A stretch of 64,000 bases of DNA from IMG/VR virus record IMGVR_UViG_3300029258_004290, positions 1-64,000 of that record; one strand, 5' to 3'. Positions within the stretch are counted from its first letter, which is position 1. Every line of letters begins with the position of its first letter. Made by a program: the position numbers and the translations under genes. Source of the DNA: a virus. This document shows positions 60,255 through 64,000 of the stretch, piece by piece. The notes beneath the pieces were generated by a model. It saw nothing but the letters and a program-made list of their open reading frames with translations, was not told where the DNA came from and did no database searches.

Positions 60255-61991
60255 ATGAGTGTCAAGACCAGAACATTCACCTCTGCCGGTCGGACCACGC
60301 AGCACACCATCCCCGGCGCGTACTCGCGCTTCACGAGCGCGAAGGGGGCGGGCGGGCTCGCGTCGACCAGCAACTGCGTCTTCCTGGGCACCGCGTTCGG
60401 CGGCGAGCCCGGGAAGATCCACGTGGTGCAGAACGCCGACGACGCCGTCGCCCTCCTGCAGGGGCAGGGCAACCTGATGGAGTGCATCCGCGCGTTCTTC
60501 AAGCCGGGGAACGAGCTGCGCCCGCAGGAGGTCGGCATCTACCGGATCAACACGGCGGTCCAGGCGTCGGCGTTCATCGAGGACGCGGCGACGGACAACG
60601 TCGTGAAGATCCTCAGCCGCGACTACGGGATCCTGTTCAACCAGATCCAGTACAAGGTCGAGACGGGGACGGTCGCGGGGACGAAGAAGTTCACCGAGAA
60701 GTTCAAGGGGGTGGAGAACGTCTTCGACAACATCGAGAAGAAGTCCTTCACCGTCCAGTACACCGGGGCCGCGGCGAGCGCCACCATGACGATCAGCGCC
60801 ACCCAGCTGACGACGTCGTGCGCGGCGACCCCCGCCGACGACCTCACCATCCTGTTCAGCGCGTACCCGAACGTGGAGGCGCTCGTCGCCTACATCAACA
60901 ACCACGCCTCGTACACGTGCACGGCAGACGACGCGAACGCGGCCTCCGCGGCGTGCTCGGAGCTGGACGCGGTGACCGCGCAGGACATCAAGACCGCCCC
61001 GTACACGGCGGACAGCAACGTCCAGGCCATGATCGACACGATCACCGACCAGGCGTCGTTCGTGACGGCGGAGCTCGTCGCCGCGGCGGTGCGGGACCCG
61101 CTCGCCAACACGACCGGCTACCCGTACCTCACCGGCGGGTCGGAGGGGAGCGCGACCTCCACGGAGTGGACCGCGGCCCTGACGGACCTCGAGGACGAGG
61201 ACGTCCAGCTGATCGGCGTCGCCATCGAGGACGCGTCGATCAACACGCTGGTCGAGACCCACCTCGACACGACCAACTCCGAGACCGGGAAGCGGGAGCG
61301 GCGCGCGCTGCTGCCGTCGACCCAGTCCACGATCGACACGGCCATCACCGAGGCGGAGGGGAAGAACCGCTACGCCGAGGGCATGGCCTACGGGGCCTAC
61401 AACGACTACAACGTCAACAACGTCTGGACGGGCTTCACCTCCATGCACGTGGCGGCGAAGCTGCTCGGCATGACGGTGGCGCTCAGCCTCAACGAGCCGC
61501 TCACCTACAAGTGGCTCGACGTCGGGGAGCTCACCTCCAAGCCGACCAAGACCCAGCAGAAGAACGCGATCCTGGCGGGGCTCATGATCCCCCGGGTCGA
61601 CGGGAGCCTGGCCCGCGTCGTGCGGAGCGTCACGACCTCGAAGCTCGACGACCTGAAGTACGTCGAGTGGAGCTGCGTCGGCGAGATGCTCTTCATGAGC
61701 TACGACATGCGGACGCTCCTGGAGACCACGTTCACCGGGAAGGCGGGGACCAACAGCTCCATGGTCGCGGTCGAGCCGACGATGCGGGAGCGCCTGCAGG
61801 TCTACGAGGAGCGGGAGAAGCTGATCGTGGCCGACCCCGACAACCCGAAGGCCAACCCGGCCTTCGACGACATCCAGGTCATCCGGCAGGCGGACGTCAC
61901 GCGCGCCCGCTACAAGGCGAACATCGTGGCGCCCAACAACTTCATCTTCCTGACCCACTACTTCGACCTCCTGGTCCAGGCGGCGACGTAG
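60255..61991 (+). CDS. contractile tail sheath protein
   Basis: PGAYSR, GTAFGGEP, SRDYG, LTGGSEG, EPLTYK, PNNFI. Confidence 0.9.
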   Translation: MSVKTRTFTSAGRTTQHTIPGAYSRFTSAKGAGGLASTSNCVFLGTAFGGEPGKIHVVQNADDAVALLQGQGNLMECIRAFFKPGNELRPQEVGIYRINTAVQASAFIEDAATDNVVKILSRDYGILFNQIQYKVETGTVAGTKKFTEKFKGVENVFDNIEKKSFTVQYTGAAASATMTISATQLTTSCAATPADDLTILFSAYPNVEALVAYINNHASYTCTADDANAASAACSELDAVTAQDIKTAPYTADSNVQAMIDTITDQASFVTAELVAAAVRDPLANTTGYPYLTGGSEGSATSTEWTAALTDLEDEDVQLIGVAIEDASINTLVETHLDTTNSETGKRERRALLPSTQSTIDTAITEAEGKNRYAEGMAYGAYNDYNVNNVWTGFTSMHVAAKLLGMTVALSLNEPLTYKWLDVGELTSKPTKTQQKNAILAGLMIPRVDGSLARVVRSVTTSKLDDLKYVEWSCVGEMLFMSYDMRTLLETTFTGKAGTNSSMVAVEPTMRERLQVYEEREKLIVADPDNPKANPAFDDIQVIRQADVTRARYKANIVAPNNFIFLTHYFDLLVQAAT

Positions 61992-62018
61992 GGGCGCGGG
62001 TGAAAGGAGAATAGGGAG

Positions 62019-62441
62019 ATGGCAAAGCAGCTTGCAACGTCGATCGCCGGCGGCGCGTGGGTCGAGGTCCAGGTGGACGGGGTGCCGATCCTCCTAGCGC
62101 AGGGGTGCTCCTACTCCGAGGACTTCAACGTCCAGCCGCTCGAGACCCTCGGGTTCCTCGGCGCGCGGGAGTACGAGTCCTTCGGCTACACGTGTGAGAT
62201 CACCCTCCGGTGGCTCATCGCGAAGAACAAGGCAGACTACAACCGCCTGGTCCCGAAGCGCAGCGACATCCAGAAGGACGGCCTGCTCCAGGACCACGTC
62301 GTCACGTTCGTCGACATCTCGCAGCAGACGGTGCACACCGCGTTCCGCGGCGCCGTCATCGCGAGGGCGGGGGAGAACATCGACGCCAACCAGTTCGTGG
62401 CCGGCGACGTGACCATGTTCTCGGTCGAGCGGATCCAGTAG
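62019..62441 (+). CDS. tail tube protein
   Basis: 140 aa, beta-rich, directly after sheath. Confidence 0.8.
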   Translation: MAKQLATSIAGGAWVEVQVDGVPILLAQGCSYSEDFNVQPLETLGFLGAREYESFGYTCEITLRWLIAKNKADYNRLVPKRSDIQKDGLLQDHVVTFVDISQQTVHTAFRGAVIARAGENIDANQFVAGDVTMFSVERIQ

Positions 62442-62455
62442 GGGTCCGAGCAACG

Positions 62456-62489
62456 GGCCGGCGGCGGTTTCGGTAGGCCGCCGCCGGCC
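62456..62489 (+). terminator. hairpin after tail tube gene
   Basis: GGCCGGCGGCGG / CCGCCGCCGGCC 12-bp stem plus G-U extension; no U tract. Confidence 0.45.
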
Positions 62490-62507
62490 AGAGAAGGGGA
62501 AGAGAAA

Positions 62508-63026
62508 ATGAGGAAGGTTTCAGAGACGCCCGAGAAGTACACAGACGAGGAGATCCGCATCGGCGACTACCTCCTCAACCGGGAGGACGTCACCAAGGAG
62601 ATAGACACGCCCAGGGGGACGTTCACCATCAGGATACCGTCGGCGGGGATGCGGAGACTCATCATCTCTTCGACCGCCAAGTCGCTCGGAGCACCGCTCG
62701 ACCACGTCCCCGCGGAGGACTACCTGTTCGTGGCCGCCCTCTGCACCCTCGACAGGGTGCTGGTGGGGTGGCCCGACTGGTGGAAGGGCGCGGCGCAGTG
62801 CCACGACGAGGAGCTGATCGGCACCATCTTCGCGGCGTTCCGCGAGTTCGACGAAGCCTTCAGGAGGCGTCTTCGGGGAGACGGACCTGGCGCGAGTGGC
62901 GAAGTCGAGGTCGCTGGAGGCGTGGGTGATAAACAAGTTCCGCGTGCTGCCGACGGATCCCCGCTTCCAGGAGCTGACGGAGGAGCAGATGCTGCTCCTA
63001 TACGAGATGGAGGCGAACCTACCTAG
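62508..63026 (+). CDS. tail assembly chaperone
   Basis: GTFTIRIPS...PDWW; between tube and tape measure. Confidence 0.7.
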   Translation: MRKVSETPEKYTDEEIRIGDYLLNREDVTKEIDTPRGTFTIRIPSAGMRRLIISSTAKSLGAPLDHVPAEDYLFVAALCTLDRVLVGWPDWWKGAAQCHDEELIGTIFAAFREFDEAFRRRLRGDGPGASGEVEVAGGVGDKQVPRAADGSPLPGADGGADAAPIRDGGEPT

Positions 63027-63297
63027 CGAAGAGGAGGTGCGGCTCGGCATCCGGCTGGCGGCGCGGCGCAAGGTCGAGGCCGACGAGCGGGTGCACGAGC
63101 GCGCCAAGGGCATGGGGATCGACCTCAGGGGAGCGCTCGACCTCATCGCGGGGAAGGGCGGGCCCGCGCCGACCCCCGGGGAGCAGCACGTGACCAAGGA
63201 GCAGTTCTACGGCAAGCGCCAGGCGCCCGCGCGCCGCGCGCCCCGGACGCTGCGGCGGCACCCCGGCCTCGGGGGCTGGAAGCGGAGAAGAAGATAG
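62872..63297 (+). CDS. second tail assembly chaperone segment (+1 frame; likely frameshift extension)
   Basis: WVINKFRVLPTDPRFQELTEEQ; overlaps the upstream ORF; no good SD at GTG 62896. Confidence 0.6.
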   Translation, partial: FGETDLARVAKSRSLEAWVINKFRVLPTDPRFQELTEEQMLLLYEMEANLPSEEEVRLGIRLAARRKVEADERVHERAKGMGIDLRGALDLIAGKGGPAPTPGEQHVTKEQFYGKRQAPARRAPRTLRRHPGLGGWKRRRR

Positions 63298-63303
63298 GAC
63301 GGC

Positions 63304-64000
63304 ATGCCGACGGGTAGACACAACATCTGGCTCGGCTTCAGCGGACCCTGGGAGCGCCAGCTCAAGACGCTCTACAGGGAGCTAGAGAAGAACGCGCAGT
63401 CCGCGAAGAAGTTCGCGTCGACGAAGTCGTCTGCGATCCAGGACCAGATCGCGGCCCTGGGCAAGGAGCAGGCGGCGACCGAGGCCAGCTGGAAGGCCGG
63501 CGAGCGCCAGGAGCGGCGCGGCCGCTCGGTCCGCCAGCGCCAGGCCCAGATGATCCGGTCCGCCGCGACGGCGCCCCTGGCCGCGGTCAGCGGCGGGATG
63601 GGCGCCGGCCCGATCGGTGCGGCCGGCGGCGGCGCGGAGGCCGTCGGCGGCATGCTCCAAAACCGGGGAATGCTGCGCACGGGCGTCGCGGTCGCGGCCG
63701 GCGGCATGATCGCCAAGTTCCTGGGGCAGCAGGCCGCGTCGTTCGCGCCGATCCTCGAGCAGCTACAGTCGCTCCGCGCCCTGACGGGGACGTTCGGGGG
63801 CGAGACGACGCGGGCGCAGCTCGACCGGTACCAGGCGCTTGCCAGGGAGACCGGCATCGCCCCGCGGGACATGCGGCAGGCCGCGCTCATCATCGCGCAG
63901 CAGACCGGGGAGGCGGTCGAGGACGCGGACATGAAGCAGCTCGGCCTGGTCGCCAGGACGGTCGGGATGCAGGCCGAGGAGCTCGCGCAGTTCCGCGCCA
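63304..64000 (+). CDS. tape measure protein (5' part, runs off the window)
   Basis: MPTGRHNIWLGFSG...; Ala/Gly-rich helical; open to the window end; follows the chaperones. Confidence 0.75.
   Translation, partial: MPTGRHNIWLGFSGPWERQLKTLYRELEKNAQSAKKFASTKSSAIQDQIAALGKEQAATEASWKAGERQERRGRSVRQRQAQMIRSAATAPLAAVSGGMGAGPIGAAGGGAEAVGGMLQNRGMLRTGVAVAAGGMIAKFLGQQAASFAPILEQLQSLRALTGTFGGETTRAQLDRYQALARETGIAPRDMRQAALIIAQQTGEAVEDADMKQLGLVARTVGMQAEELAQFRA

Noticed and set aside
557-63932. Many long minus-strand ORFs (for example 40183-43698, 34371-37202, 5194-7614) and alternative-frame plus-strand ORFs
   Set aside because: They lie opposite or across genes with clear motifs, have Arg/Pro/Gly/Leu-rich shadow composition and no domains; this is expected from strong GC3 bias
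1-64000. Possible TAG stop-codon reassignment (many genes end in TAG)
   Set aside because: Conserved proteins such as MCP, sheath and tube end at the expected length at TAG, and genes are not fragmented under the standard code
1-64000. Prophage or integration module
   Set aside because: No integrase, att-like boundary or host housekeeping genes in the window; lifestyle cannot be determined from this fragment

Overview
The window is a fragment of a high-GC tailed phage genome with a contractile tail (myovirus). Essentially all real genes are on the + strand, many joined by ATGA/TGATG overlaps; the long minus-strand ORFs are codon-bias shadows. ~1-21 kb is replication, recombination and nucleotide metabolism: sigma factor, UvsY-like protein, SSB, RecA, a single-chain SbcD-SbcC (Mre11-Rad50) fusion, UDG-PolA fusion, QueE-like radical SAM, NusG paralog, 5'-3' exonuclease, RuvC, lytic transglycosylase, DEDDh exonuclease, ThyX, Vsr and dCMP deaminase. 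~21-30 kb holds both terminase subunits among many small ORFs, including FlbD-like and RMF-like proteins. ~30-64 kb is an SPO1/Twort-like morphogenesis module: portal, MuF, prohead protease, scaffold, major capsid, fibres, patatin, neck, sheath, tube, chaperones and the start of the tape measure. The most striking element is a family of at least 8 genes flanking the portal (30.5-35.2 kb and 38.5-45.7 kb). They share one grammar: a helical leader, an L-x-K|A/S/G site matching the predicted capsid maturation site, a conserved basic beta-hairpin tag (GLVxxKxTVxRGGRTFQTTV[WY]VRP, or a second type PxGTxRxxxxGxHxKxxxGxW), then variable cargo. Cargo includes three paralogous R-S-E ADP-ribosyltransferase-like domains and a HExxH zincin, and one 1584-aa gene reads as a three-module polyprotein. 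I infer a protease-processed, tag-addressed system for loading effector proteins into the head. A prfB-geometry +1 frameshift candidate links the two tail chaperone ORFs. All calls come from motif recognition by eye; no database searches were run.
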